Shown: positions 54,173-64,000 of the stretch, piece after piece
Numbering within the stretch: the stretch's first letter is position 1
Layout: each line of letters begins with the position of its first letter
From: Alcanivoracaceae bacterium
Lineage (GTDB): Bacteria > Pseudomonadota > Gammaproteobacteria > Pseudomonadales > Alcanivoracaceae
Assembly (NCBI GenBank): GCA_029212745.1
Contig: JARGOL010000005.1
Location: 27,558-91,557 of the forward strand
Reading direction: 5' to 3'
Length of the DNA: 64,000 nucleotides
Notes under the pieces: generated by a model
What the model saw: the letters and a program-made list of their open reading frames with translations, nothing else
Told to the model about the DNA's origin: nothing
Databases searched by the model: none
Position numbers and translations under genes: made by a program

Positions 54173-55588
54173 ATGGCCGCTGACACCTTCACCCCCGAGC
54201 TGCTCTCCCCCGCCGGGACGATGACGCACCTCAAGTATGCGTTCGCCTATGGCGCCGACGCCGTGTATGCCGGCCAGCCACGTTATTCCCTGCGCGTGCG
54301 CAACAACAGCTTCAAGAATGCCGAAGCGCTGGCCGAGGGCATCGACTATGCCCATGCCCGTGGCAAGCAGTTCTACCTGGCCTCCAACATTTCCCCGCAC
54401 AACGACAAGGTGCGCTCCTACCTGCGTGACCTGGCGCCCATCATTGAGCTGGGGCCGGATGCACTGATCATGTCCGACCCGGGCCTGATCATGCTGGTGA
54501 AGGAACAATGGCCGGACCAGGAAATCCACCTCTCGGTGCAGGCCAATGCGGTGAACTGGGCGACGGTGAAGTTCTGGCACCAGCAGGGCATCTCCCGGGT
54601 GATCCTGTCTCGCGAGCTGGCGCTGGAAGAAGTGGCCGAAATTCGTGAGCGGGTGCCAGACATGGAGCTGGAAGTGTTCGTGCACGGCGCCCTGTGCATG
54701 GCCTACTCCGGGCGCTGCCTGCTGTCCGGCTACATGAACCACCGCGATGCCAACCAGGGAGCGTGTACCAATGCCTGCCGCTGGGATTACAAGACCGTCG
54801 AGCACAACACCGACAGCAGTGGCGACATGGTGCCCAGGCGCGCCCCCATCCCGGTGAAAAACGAAGGCGCCCGCCCGCAGACCTGGCAGCCCGGCGAGCA
54901 CGATGAGGGAGGCGCTGACAGCCTTGATGGCCTGGTCAAGGCGGCACAGAGTTACGATCCGTTCGAGGTCAAGGAGCTGCTGCTGGAAGACCCCAAGCAG
55001 CCGGGCGAATTTGTGCCGGTGTACGAAGACGAGCACGGCACCTACATCATGAACTCGCGCGACCTGCGCGCGGTGCAGCATGTCAAAGACCTGCTCGACA
55101 TCGGCGTGCATTCCCTGAAGATCGAGGGCCGCACCAAGAGCCCCTACTACGTGGCCCGTACCGCACAGATCTACCGGCGCGCCATTGATGACGCCGTGGC
55201 CGGCAAGGATTTCGACATGGGCCTGATGGACCAGCTCGAGGCACTGTCCAGCCGCGGTTACACCGAAGGCTTCTTCCGTCGCCACCCGCCCCAGGAATTC
55301 CAGACCTACGAACAGGGCACCTCCACGCTGGGCACCGAACAGCTGGTGGGCGAAGTGATCGACGCCGATGACCAGTGGCTCACCGTGGATGTGAAGAACC
55401 GCTTCAAGGTGGGCGACCACATCACGTTGATGAGCCCGGCCGGTAACCAGGACGTGACACTTGAGACGCTGGAGAACCGCAAGGGCGAAGCCATCGAGGT
55501 GGCACCCGGCAATGGCCACATCGTGCGCATCCCGCGCGGCAGCGAACTGGCCAGCACGGAATACTGCCTGTTAACGCGACACCTCTGA
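54173..55588 (+). CDS. yegQ: U32 family peptidase (YegQ/TrhP-like)
   Basis: The N-terminus is ELLSPAGTMTHLKYAFAYGADAVYAGQPRYSLR. Cys-rich motifs CMAYSGRCLLS and CTNACRW are present. Confidence 0.88.
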   Translation: MAADTFTPELLSPAGTMTHLKYAFAYGADAVYAGQPRYSLRVRNNSFKNAEALAEGIDYAHARGKQFYLASNISPHNDKVRSYLRDLAPIIELGPDALIMSDPGLIMLVKEQWPDQEIHLSVQANAVNWATVKFWHQQGISRVILSRELALEEVAEIRERVPDMELEVFVHGALCMAYSGRCLLSGYMNHRDANQGACTNACRWDYKTVEHNTDSSGDMVPRRAPIPVKNEGARPQTWQPGEHDEGGADSLDGLVKAAQSYDPFEVKELLLEDPKQPGEFVPVYEDEHGTYIMNSRDLRAVQHVKDLLDIGVHSLKIEGRTKSPYYVARTAQIYRRAIDDAVAGKDFDMGLMDQLEALSSRGYTEGFFRRHPPQEFQTYEQGTSTLGTEQLVGEVIDADDQWLTVDVKNRFKVGDHITLMSPAGNQDVTLETLENRKGEAIEVAPGNGHIVRIPRGSELASTEYCLLTRHL

Positions 55589-55620
55589 CGCTTCCAACTG
55601 CCGGCACCTGCCCGAGACCG

Positions 55621-56106
55621 CTACTTGTGATCCCCGCGCAGCGGCAACGTCATCAGGATGGCGTTTTCTCGCCCGCCCTGGGTGCGGTAGTAATGCTTGC
55701 GCTCGCCGGTGATGGCAAAGCCCATTTTCTGGTACAGCATGCGCGCCCCGGCATTGCTCTCGCGCACTTCCAGGTAAACGATACCGGTATCCAGCCGCTT
55801 GAGACGCTCGAACGCCTGGCGCAGTGACGCCCACGCCAGACCATGACGCTGGTACGCCGGGGCGATGGCCACATTGAGCAGGTGCGCCTCATCCAGCACG
55901 CGCGAAAAGATCTGGAACCCGGCCACCCGGGCATCACGCTCGATGACGTGACAGTCGTAGCCGGCCTTGAGGCAATCGGCGAACACACCGCGGCTCCAGG
56001 GGGTCACCTGGCAGGCTTCCTCGATACGGGTGACGGCGGCAAGATCGTCCTCGCCCATGTCGCGCAGCACAAACCCGGCATGCAGGTCGACGTGGTAATG
56101 GGTCAT
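55621..56106 (-). CDS. rimI: ribosomal-protein-alanine N-acetyltransferase
   Basis: GNAT fold (YQRHGLAWASL ... LEVRESNAGARMLYQKMGF) in the conserved position after a holD-like gene. Confidence 0.85.
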   Translation of the reverse strand: MTHYHVDLHAGFVLRDMGEDDLAAVTRIEEACQVTPWSRGVFADCLKAGYDCHVIERDARVAGFQIFSRVLDEAHLLNVAIAPAYQRHGLAWASLRQAFERLKRLDTGIVYLEVRESNAGARMLYQKMGFAITGERKHYYRTQGGRENAILMTLPLRGDHK

Positions 56107-56109
56107 GGA

Positions 56110-56829
56110 TCAGGCCCTGGCGGCCTGCTCCGGCGTGTGCAAGCCGGCCTGCTTGATGGCCTCCCAGCTGCGCCGCTTGTGCGCCACCGGCTCGGCAAGC
56201 ATTTCCTGCAGGCTGCTGATGGCCAGCCAGCGCAGGCCGTGGTGCTCGTGCACCCGGTAACGCTCACCCTGCATCAGCCGCTGGCAGCTTTCCTCACTGG
56301 CACACAACACCACCTGCTGTGGCGCCAGGGACTGGCAGAACTGCACCAGGAAATCTTCCAGGGTGCCTTCCATGACGTGAGCCATGGGCCAGTCAAAACG
56401 GCGGCGGCGCTGTTCGCCTCGACCAAAGGCGCGCAGCAGGTTGGCCAGCAGGTCGCGCGCATCACGCCCCAGGTCCGGGGCATCCGCTGGCTGCTGTTCC
56501 ACCAGCACCAGCACATCCCCGAGCGGACAGGCGTGCATGCACAGCGGGGCCTCTGCCGGCGACACATCCGCCGCTGGTTGCGGCTGTGACTCAACAGATG
56601 GCCTCGGTGGCGCACTCGCCGGGGGTGTTTCAGCCAGCCGCTCCGCCAGCGGCAGGGCGGTAGCGGGGGCCTCAGGCGTCGGCGCAGGGGCCGACACATC
56701 CGGCGTGGCCACTGGCATCTCCTCCGGCGCCAGCACCGGCGTGCTGGCCGCGCCCGGCAACGGCTGCCGCGCCACCCACGGGGTAAACCCGAGGGACTGC
56801 AGATAGGCTTGCCGTTGCAGTTCGTTCAT
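56110..56829 (-). CDS. holD: DNA polymerase III psi subunit-like protein with long Pro/Ala-rich insert
   Basis: The N-terminal QAYLQSLGFTPWV resembles E. coli HolD QLQQLGITQW. The gene lies immediately upstream of rimI, as in the enterobacterial holD-rimI pair. Confidence 0.5.
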   Translation of the reverse strand: MNELQRQAYLQSLGFTPWVARQPLPGAASTPVLAPEEMPVATPDVSAPAPTPEAPATALPLAERLAETPPASAPPRPSVESQPQPAADVSPAEAPLCMHACPLGDVLVLVEQQPADAPDLGRDARDLLANLLRAFGRGEQRRRRFDWPMAHVMEGTLEDFLVQFCQSLAPQQVVLCASEESCQRLMQGERYRVHEHHGLRWLAISSLQEMLAEPVAHKRRSWEAIKQAGLHTPEQAARA

Positions 56830-56838
56830 GTGCGCTCC

Positions 56839-58386
56839 TTACACGTCCGCCGCTTGCGGATGGGCCCGCTCGAGGCCGGCAGCAAAATGGTTCAGCGCAT
56901 TCAGGTACGCCTTTGCCGAGGCGGTAATGATGTCGATATCGGCGCCATGGCCGTTGACGATCCGCCCGCCCTTTTCCAGTCGCACAGTGACTTCGCCCTG
57001 GCTGTCGGTGCCGGCGGTGATGGCGTTTACCGAATACAGCTGCAGGGTAGCGCCGCTGTGGGCAATCTGTTCAATGGCCTTGAAGGTGGCATCCACCGGT
57101 CCGGCACCGCCGGCCACGGTCTCCTGCTCGTCGCCGTCGACGCTGACAATCAGCCGTGCCTCGGGTGTCTCACCGGTCTTCGACGCAGCCTCCAGCAATA
57201 CCAGTTTGAAGCGCTCCTGCTCGGCCGCCTGCTTGGTGTCGCTGACCAGCGCGTGCAGGTCCTCGTCAAACACCTCGTGCTTCTTGTCCGCCAGGTCCTT
57301 GAATCGCTGGAAGGCTTCGTTCAGTTCCGCATCCGAGGCAAAGCTGATGCCCAGCTCGTCCAGGCGGGCACGGAACGCGGCACGGCCGGAGTGCTTGCCC
57401 AGCACCATGCGGTTGGTGTTCCAGCCCACGTCCTCGGCACGCATGATCTCGTAGGTCTCGCGGTGCTTGAGCACGCCGTCCTGGTGGATGCCGGACTCAT
57501 GGGCAAAGGCGTTGGCACCGACAATGGCCTTGTTCGGCTGCACCGGGAAACCGGTAATGGACGACACCAGGCGCGAGGCCGGCACGATCTCGGTGGCATT
57601 GATGCGCGTCTCCACCGGGAACAGGTCGGCCCGGGTGCGCACCGACATGACAATCTCTTCCAGCGAGGCGTTACCGGCGCGCTCGCCAAGGCCGTTGATG
57701 GTGCACTCCACCTGGCGCGCGCCGTTGAGCACAGCCTCCAGGGAATTGGCCACGGCCAGGCCCAGGTCGTTGTGGCAATGCACGGAGAAAACCGCCTTGT
57801 CACTGTTGGGAATGCGCGCCAGCAGCTGGCGAATGGTGTCGCCGAACTGGCCGGGAATGGCATAGCCCACCGTGTCAGGAATATTGATGGTGCGCGCACC
57901 GGCGTCGATCACCTGTTCGATGATGCGGCAGAGGAAATCCAGCTCGGAACGGCCGGCATCCTCACAGGAAAACTCCACGTCATCAATGAGCCCACGGGCG
58001 TGCTTCACCGCCGCCACGGCATGCTCGATCACCTGGTCGGGCTCAAGACGCAACTTGTGCTGCATGTGGATCGGGCTGGTGGCGATGAAGGTATGGATAC
58101 GGCCGCTGTTGGCGTTCTGCAGCGCCTCACCGGCGCGGTCGATATCACCTGCCTTGGCCCGGGCCAGGGAGCAGATGGTGGAGTCTCTGACGGTGTCGGC
58201 AATGGCCTTCACCGATTCGAAATCGCCCTGGCTGGCGATGGCAAAGCCGGCTTCGATGACGTCCACCTTCATGCGTTCCAGGGCCCGGGCAATACGCAGC
58301 TTCTCGTCCTGGTCCATGGTGGCCCCGGGGCTCTGCTCCCCGTCACGCAAGGTGGTATCAAAAATGATCAGGCGGTCTTTGCTCAT
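56839..58386 (-). CDS. leuA: 2-isopropylmalate synthase
   Basis: The ATG at 58386 gives [24 protein letters not shown]. The HxH motif is [10 protein letters not shown] and a C-terminal LeuA dimerisation domain is present. Confidence 0.93.
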   Translation of the reverse strand: MSKDRLIIFDTTLRDGEQSPGATMDQDEKLRIARALERMKVDVIEAGFAIASQGDFESVKAIADTVRDSTICSLARAKAGDIDRAGEALQNANSGRIHTFIATSPIHMQHKLRLEPDQVIEHAVAAVKHARGLIDDVEFSCEDAGRSELDFLCRIIEQVIDAGARTINIPDTVGYAIPGQFGDTIRQLLARIPNSDKAVFSVHCHNDLGLAVANSLEAVLNGARQVECTINGLGERAGNASLEEIVMSVRTRADLFPVETRINATEIVPASRLVSSITGFPVQPNKAIVGANAFAHESGIHQDGVLKHRETYEIMRAEDVGWNTNRMVLGKHSGRAAFRARLDELGISFASDAELNEAFQRFKDLADKKHEVFDEDLHALVSDTKQAAEQERFKLVLLEAASKTGETPEARLIVSVDGDEQETVAGGAGPVDATFKAIEQIAHSGATLQLYSVNAITAGTDSQGEVTVRLEKGGRIVNGHGADIDIITASAKAYLNALNHFAAGLERAHPQAADV

Positions 58387-58463
58387 GGTTGTTCGTTCTC
58401 CAGACTGGCTCAGGCAGCCGTCACGCCCGCAGGCCCTTGCGGCTGTGGGCAAAGTCTAGCAGA

Positions 58464-60158
58464 TCACTCAAGGCGCAGCAGGGAAACCAGCTGCTCGCGC
58501 AGGGCTTCAGCGGTGTCGCGCCCGGCGATGGATTCCGCCACCCGCACACCGCGTCCCCGGTGCATCACCCGCAGGTGAAAGAACTCGGTCTTCTGCGTGC
58601 CCTGGCTCATGCTGCCCGCACTCTTGAGCTGCAGCTGGCCGGCGCTGTCCAGCGGCACCTGCCGGGTCCACAGGTTGATGCCGCACCAGCTGCGCCGGGT
58701 GTACACCTGCCCGGCGCTGATGCGCGCCTCCAGGGACCGGCCCACCGCAAACAGGCCCCCCACCAGCATGGGCACGCCGAACAGGGCAAAGAAGAACGCC
58801 ATCACGAACAGCATGAAGCCCTCTTCCAGCCCGGCCCAGGCCAGGAAGCCGGCGGCGCCGGTGAACACCAGGCCCATCACCAGCAGCATCACCGTGAACC
58901 CCCGGTGCCGGCCCACGCGACTGATGATCTGGTAGCCGTCCTGCCAGGGTTCCACATCAATCTGCTCCACCACTGCGGCGAGCGCCTCGCTTTTCTCACG
59001 CCGCGCCATGCGCGCCACATGGGTCTGCGGCAGCGGTTCGGCCGTGGCACTGCCGGCCACCACCGGCAGTGTCCAGGTCCGCGACAACGGCACCGGCGTC
59101 TCCGGGCCATCCAGCACCAGCCGCCAGTACCAGGACGTATTTCCCTGCTCGGCCGTCACCGGCTGGTCCGTGGGTGGGGTGAAGTGGAAGCGCAACTGTG
59201 GTGGTAAAGCGCTGCCATCAATAAACGGGTACTGGCGATCCTGCCAGACGATGCTCTCGCGCCGGCTGCGGTTCTTGCCGGAACCGGTGACCACGCTTTT
59301 CACACATTGCAGGGTAACGCTGTAAGTGGCGCCGGGATCGTAATGGGCCAGCGGCAGACTGCCTGCCACATCGCCGCCAATCTGGCCCGGGTACGGCGCC
59401 AGCGTCACCGGCATGGGGCCGTAATACTGCCAGCGCCGGTAACTGCGCCATGCCGCCCAGGCCATGCCCAGACCGGCGAGCGGGAACACCAGCACCAGCA
59501 GGATGGCCCAGTTGCCCTTGCCGATTTCATCGGGAATGGCAAGGGTGGGCGGTGCACTGATGCCAATGAAGACCACCGCCATGATGACCAGCACCCAGTG
59601 GCCGTGCTTTTCACTGGAGTGAATGGGGGCCGCCTGGGCCTCCGAGAGCGACGGCTTCCTGAACCGGCTGGCCAGCATGATGCCCAGGCCCACCACCGCA
59701 AACACCCCGCCGAAGGCCAGCGAGAAAACCAGTTTCAGCGGACGCAGTTCGCGCACCAGGTAACTGGCCTGCGGGTCATCCGGGTTGACCCAGACAGTGA
59801 CGGCACCGGGGCGCCCCACGGCGTTGGAAAAGCGCGACGCCACGCGCTGATGGAAGTCGTCGATGTTGTCACTGCCCCAGTCATAGGACACGCGGGTGGA
59901 ATGCCAGCTGCGCCCGGCGAAACGGTAGCTGTAACTGCCCACCAGGGACCAGGTGGTGGAATCATCACCCTGATGGCGTTTGACCTGCAGACTGTTGAGG
60001 GTAGCGGGCACCCGGGCCCAGTCACTGCTGGCCCAGTGCCGGTACAGCGTATCCATGGGCCCGGCCACCAGCAGGCCGGCGCCAACGACAAAAAAGACCA
60101 GCCCGAACAGGATCAGGCCGATGGACTGTTTTTTTCCTCTCGGTGCTCCCGCCACCAT
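58464..60158 (-). CDS. large multi-pass membrane protein with DUF3592-like modules
   Basis: The first plausible ATG is at 60158 (MVAGAPRGKKQSIGLILFGLVFFVVG). TM hairpins are repeated, flanking soluble beta-rich modules. Confidence 0.6.
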   Translation of the reverse strand: MVAGAPRGKKQSIGLILFGLVFFVVGAGLLVAGPMDTLYRHWASSDWARVPATLNSLQVKRHQGDDSTTWSLVGSYSYRFAGRSWHSTRVSYDWGSDNIDDFHQRVASRFSNAVGRPGAVTVWVNPDDPQASYLVRELRPLKLVFSLAFGGVFAVVGLGIMLASRFRKPSLSEAQAAPIHSSEKHGHWVLVIMAVVFIGISAPPTLAIPDEIGKGNWAILLVLVFPLAGLGMAWAAWRSYRRWQYYGPMPVTLAPYPGQIGGDVAGSLPLAHYDPGATYSVTLQCVKSVVTGSGKNRSRRESIVWQDRQYPFIDGSALPPQLRFHFTPPTDQPVTAEQGNTSWYWRLVLDGPETPVPLSRTWTLPVVAGSATAEPLPQTHVARMARREKSEALAAVVEQIDVEPWQDGYQIISRVGRHRGFTVMLLVMGLVFTGAAGFLAWAGLEEGFMLFVMAFFFALFGVPMLVGGLFAVGRSLEARISAGQVYTRRSWCGINLWTRQVPLDSAGQLQLKSAGSMSQGTQKTEFFHLRVMHRGRGVRVAESIAGRDTAEALREQLVSLLRLE

Positions 60159-60736
60159 AAAACGCCCCCCAGTACCGCCCCGACCATGGCGCCGTAAAGA
60201 TGTGCATTCACATGCACGCGACCACCAATCCACTCTTTTGCATAGTTGACGTCATAGCCTGGTGTCTGCTCATACACCAGCCGACCCACCACCAGCGCCA
60301 GCACCACCAGGTGCAACGCCGGCTGGCCGCGAATGCCAAGCAGCAGGCACATGACAAACAGCCCGTGCAGTAACCCGGACAGCCCCACGTAGCCGGCCAG
60401 GCTGGTATCGCGCAGGTAGAAGGCAATGCCCACCAGCGGCGCACTGACAAGAAACCACAGCGCCAGGCGTCGCAGGGAGAGGAGATCATCGAAGAACAGG
60501 CAGACCAGCGTGAACCCGGTGAGATTCATCAGCGCATGCCAGCCGTTCAGGTGCACCAGGTGACAGCTCACCAGTCGCCACCACTGACCGTCGGCCACGG
60601 CATCGCGTCGGTAGCGCAGGGCCTCGCCAGCACTGTCACCGAACAGCGCCAATACCGCCATGCCAACCACAGCGGCCAGGACCACCAGGTAGTACCCGCG
60701 GTTGGCGTGCCACCGCTGGATCACGTCATCAATCAT
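60113..60736 (-). CDS. rrtA: rhombosortase (rhomboid-family intramembrane serine protease)
   Basis: Motifs include GQWWRLVSCHLVHLNGWHALMNL and GYVGLSGLLHG (the GxSG active-site context), with a downstream His in HLYGAMVG. Its length of about 200 aa fits rhombosortases. Confidence 0.7.
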   Translation of the reverse strand: MIDDVIQRWHANRGYYLVVLAAVVGMAVLALFGDSAGEALRYRRDAVADGQWWRLVSCHLVHLNGWHALMNLTGFTLVCLFFDDLLSLRRLALWFLVSAPLVGIAFYLRDTSLAGYVGLSGLLHGLFVMCLLLGIRGQPALHLVVLALVVGRLVYEQTPGYDVNYAKEWIGGRVHVNAHLYGAMVGAVLGGVLWWREHREEKNSPSA

Positions 60737-60825
60737 GCATCCCCCTGCCAGGCGTCCATGATAACGGGTTTGCCGACTGTCTGCCGGTGCATCCGCACAA
60801 CATCGCGCAGCAGAAAAAGTTGCCC

Positions 60826-60855
60826 ACAAAAAAGCCCCGCCGGAGCGGGGCTTTT
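60826..60855 (-). terminator. rho-independent terminator after groEL
   Basis: AAAAAAGCCCCGC-cgga-GCGGGGCTTTTT. Confidence 0.8.
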
Positions 60856-60895
60856 TCAGGGGCCCGGCGAACCGGGCGATGACGCAGACGGATGA

Positions 60896-62575
<1,680 letters not shown>

Positions 62576-62596
62576 TCAGGTTGACGGACGGCTCGA

Positions 62597-62887
62597 TCAG
62601 CCTTCGATGACGGCGAGAATTTCGCCTTCGGACATGATCAGCAAATCTTCGCCATCGACTTTCACGGTGTTGCCCGCGTACTGACCAAAGATGACCTTGT
62701 CACCCACCTTCACATCCAGGGGGCGCACGTCACCGTTTTCCTGGATCTTGCCGTTACCGGCTGCGATGACCTCGCCGCGGGACGGCTTCTCGGCCGCGGA
62801 ACCGGGCAGCACGATGCCACCGGCAGTCTTGGTCTCTTCCTCTTCGCGACGCACCAGCACGCGATCATGCAAAGGACGGATGCTCAT
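62597..62887 (-). CDS. groS: co-chaperonin GroES
   Basis: The ATG at 62887 has an AAGGAA RBS and gives [14 protein letters not shown]. Confidence 0.95.
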   Translation of the reverse strand: MSIRPLHDRVLVRREEEETKTAGGIVLPGSAAEKPSRGEVIAAGNGKIQENGDVRPLDVKVGDKVIFGQYAGNTVKVDGEDLLIMSEGEILAVIEG

Positions 62888-62970
62888 TTCCTTCAATCTC
62901 CTTGCGGTTTAGCAAAGCAAAATCAGGGAGTTAGCCGCGCCCGGGCGTTATCAGACGGCGCCCGGGAGTG

Positions 62971-62997
62971 CTAGCACTCTCCCCACTAGAGTGCCAA
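62971..62997 (-). promoter_or_regulatory. CIRCE-like inverted repeat (putative HrcA operator)
   Basis: The minus strand reads TTGGCACTC-N9-GAGTGCTAG, matching consensus TTAGCACTC-N9-GAGTGCTAA at 16 of 18 positions. It lies between the putative promoter and the groES ATG. Confidence 0.65.
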
Positions 62998-63048
62998 TCA
63001 TAGGCCGCAAACCACCGGAGTCAACACCGGTGCGGTCTGCGCACAGAT

Positions 63049-63076
63049 CAGTGGGGACAGGCCCGGGCTTTTCAAG
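63049..63076 (-). promoter_or_regulatory. sigma32-type heat-shock promoter
   Basis: The minus strand reads CTTGAAA-N13-CCCCACTG, against consensus CTTGAAA-N13/14-CCCCATNT. Confidence 0.6.
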
Positions 63077-63092
63077 CCCGGCAGGGAGGAAA

Positions 63093-63773
63093 TCAGGGCA
63101 GGGGCTGGCGCGCCATGGCCACGAGGGTGTCACGGATGGCGTCTGCCTCGAACGCCGGTTCGGCAAACGCCAGGCGCCGCGGGGTGCCGTCCACCCGCAG
63201 CCACATGCCCCAGGAATCCAGCGCCGCCAGGCTCACCTCATCACCCTGCCAGCCGGCCAGCGCCATGTAATGACGCAGGGCGTCGGCATGGTCATCATTC
63301 ATGTGACGGACCATGGCCATCTCGCGCCCATGATCAAAGGTCAGGGGAAAGCCGACGTCAGCGCCGTCCAGCCAGCAGGCTTTGGCAAAGCCGGGGATCC
63401 AGCGCACCTTGCTGATCCGGAAGGCCAGGAAATGGAAGTCCAGCGCCAGGTATTCACGGGTGTGGGGGAACAGGGACAGATAGCGCTCGCCCTCGGCATT
63501 GTCGACCACATCGACACCGCCCACCAGGGACATGCGCGGCGCCGCCTGCCAGTCCGCCTCGTCCCGGTTGATCAGCAGCAGGGAACATTCCGGCGCATGG
63601 TCGAGGTTGACGGCGTGCTCCGCCAGGCGGCTCACCAGCAGCAGTACGCGGCCGTTGTTGTCGGCCACCAGGTTGGTGGCAGAGGCGAACGGCTCCCCGT
63701 CGGGCTGGCGCGTGGCCAGCGCACCGTGGCAGGCGCCAAACAGGAAGGCCCGGGCCTCCTCGATGGTTGTCAT
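63093..63773 (-). CDS. pyridoxamine-5-phosphate-oxidase-fold protein with DUF2470-like C-terminus (HugZ-like)
   Basis: The ATG at 63773 has an AAGGAG RBS. The N-terminus ARAFLFGACHGALATRQPDGEPFASATNLV is typical of the split-barrel FMN-binding fold. Confidence 0.65.
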   Translation of the reverse strand: MTTIEEARAFLFGACHGALATRQPDGEPFASATNLVADNNGRVLLLVSRLAEHAVNLDHAPECSLLLINRDEADWQAAPRMSLVGGVDVVDNAEGERYLSLFPHTREYLALDFHFLAFRISKVRWIPGFAKACWLDGADVGFPLTFDHGREMAMVRHMNDDHADALRHYMALAGWQGDEVSLAALDSWGMWLRVDGTPRRLAFAEPAFEADAIRDTLVAMARQPLP

Positions 63774-63954
63774 GGCAGTCTCCTTACCCTCTGGCCCCAT
63801 CATGCGCCTGGGCAGGATTATTGCAATTGCGATCCGCCAGTGAGCACCTGTGATACAGGGTCAGCCGCGGCTGAGCGAATCGGTCATTGGCGCACGCGGC
63901 CGCGACTCCCATAATCCGGGGCGTTTCCACACACAGCAGACAACGGGGTTTTCC

Positions 63955-64000
63955 ATGGATGTCAAAGACAAGGTAATTGTGGTCACCGGCGCCGGCCGGG
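63955..64000 (+). CDS. SDR family oxidoreductase, N-terminal fragment (runs off the right edge)
   Basis: MDVKDKVIVVTGAGR is the start of a Rossmann TGxxxG motif. Confidence 0.45.
   Translation, partial: MDVKDKVIVVTGAGR

Noticed and set aside
53207-55519. 770-aa minus-strand ORF
   Set aside because: It is antisense to yegQ and to the hypothetical gene at 53387, and it runs straight through the palindromic repeat. It has no recognisable domains and is a GC-rich shadow frame.
56809-58578. 589-aa plus-strand ORF
   Set aside because: It is antisense to leuA and is a compositional artefact.

Overview
Visibly GC-rich proteobacterial chromosomal window in four blocks. No rRNA, tRNA, CRISPR array, transposase or integrase gene was recognised. 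(1) 1-23 kb is a PEP-CTERM/exosortase-type exopolysaccharide locus. It has a minus-strand operon of about 10 translationally coupled genes: Wza-like exporter, Wzz-like co-polymerase, BY-kinase-like ATPase with degenerate Walker motifs, outer-membrane barrel, FemAB/CelD-like GNAT, O-antigen-ligase-like protein, GT2, CapK/PaaK-like adenylating enzyme and two GT4. A plus-strand trio encodes a J-domain membrane protein, a polysaccharide deacetylase and a Wzx flippase. The locus also holds the prsK/prsR two-component pair, an initiating sugar transferase, the TPR lipoprotein prsT, and two PEP-CTERM substrate genes, each behind a perfect TGGCAC-N5-TTGC sigma54 promoter. The exosortase gene itself is not in the window. 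(2) 23.6-43.8 kb holds metabolism and transport genes: TPP enzyme plus aldehyde dehydrogenase, P-type ATPase, Na/Pi cotransporter, beta-CASP MBL hydrolase, CPA2 antiporter, MATE pump, fatty-acid-hydroxylase-like protein, isocitrate lyase, beta-carbonic anhydrase, lipocalin Blc, alanine/cation symporter and a LuxR-type regulator. (3) 43.8-50.8 kb is an AT-richer accessory patch and the most interesting part. It contains an integrase-less integron-type cassette array: eight small minus-strand ORFs separated by seven attC-like imperfect palindromes, with degenerate or half sites at both ends. It also contains a SAM methyltransferase and a 72-bp recoded duplicate of the prfC 3-prime end. That duplicate brackets a 1.9-kb three-gene insertion fused to the live prfC stop codon. 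(4) 50.7-64 kb holds core genes: prfC, an SDR, U32 peptidase yegQ, holD-like/rimI, leuA, a large DUF3592-type membrane protein, rhombosortase, groESL with both a sigma32-type promoter and a CIRCE-like operator, and a HugZ/PNPOx-like protein. A roughly 100-bp composite palindromic repeat occurs twice in opposite orientations.
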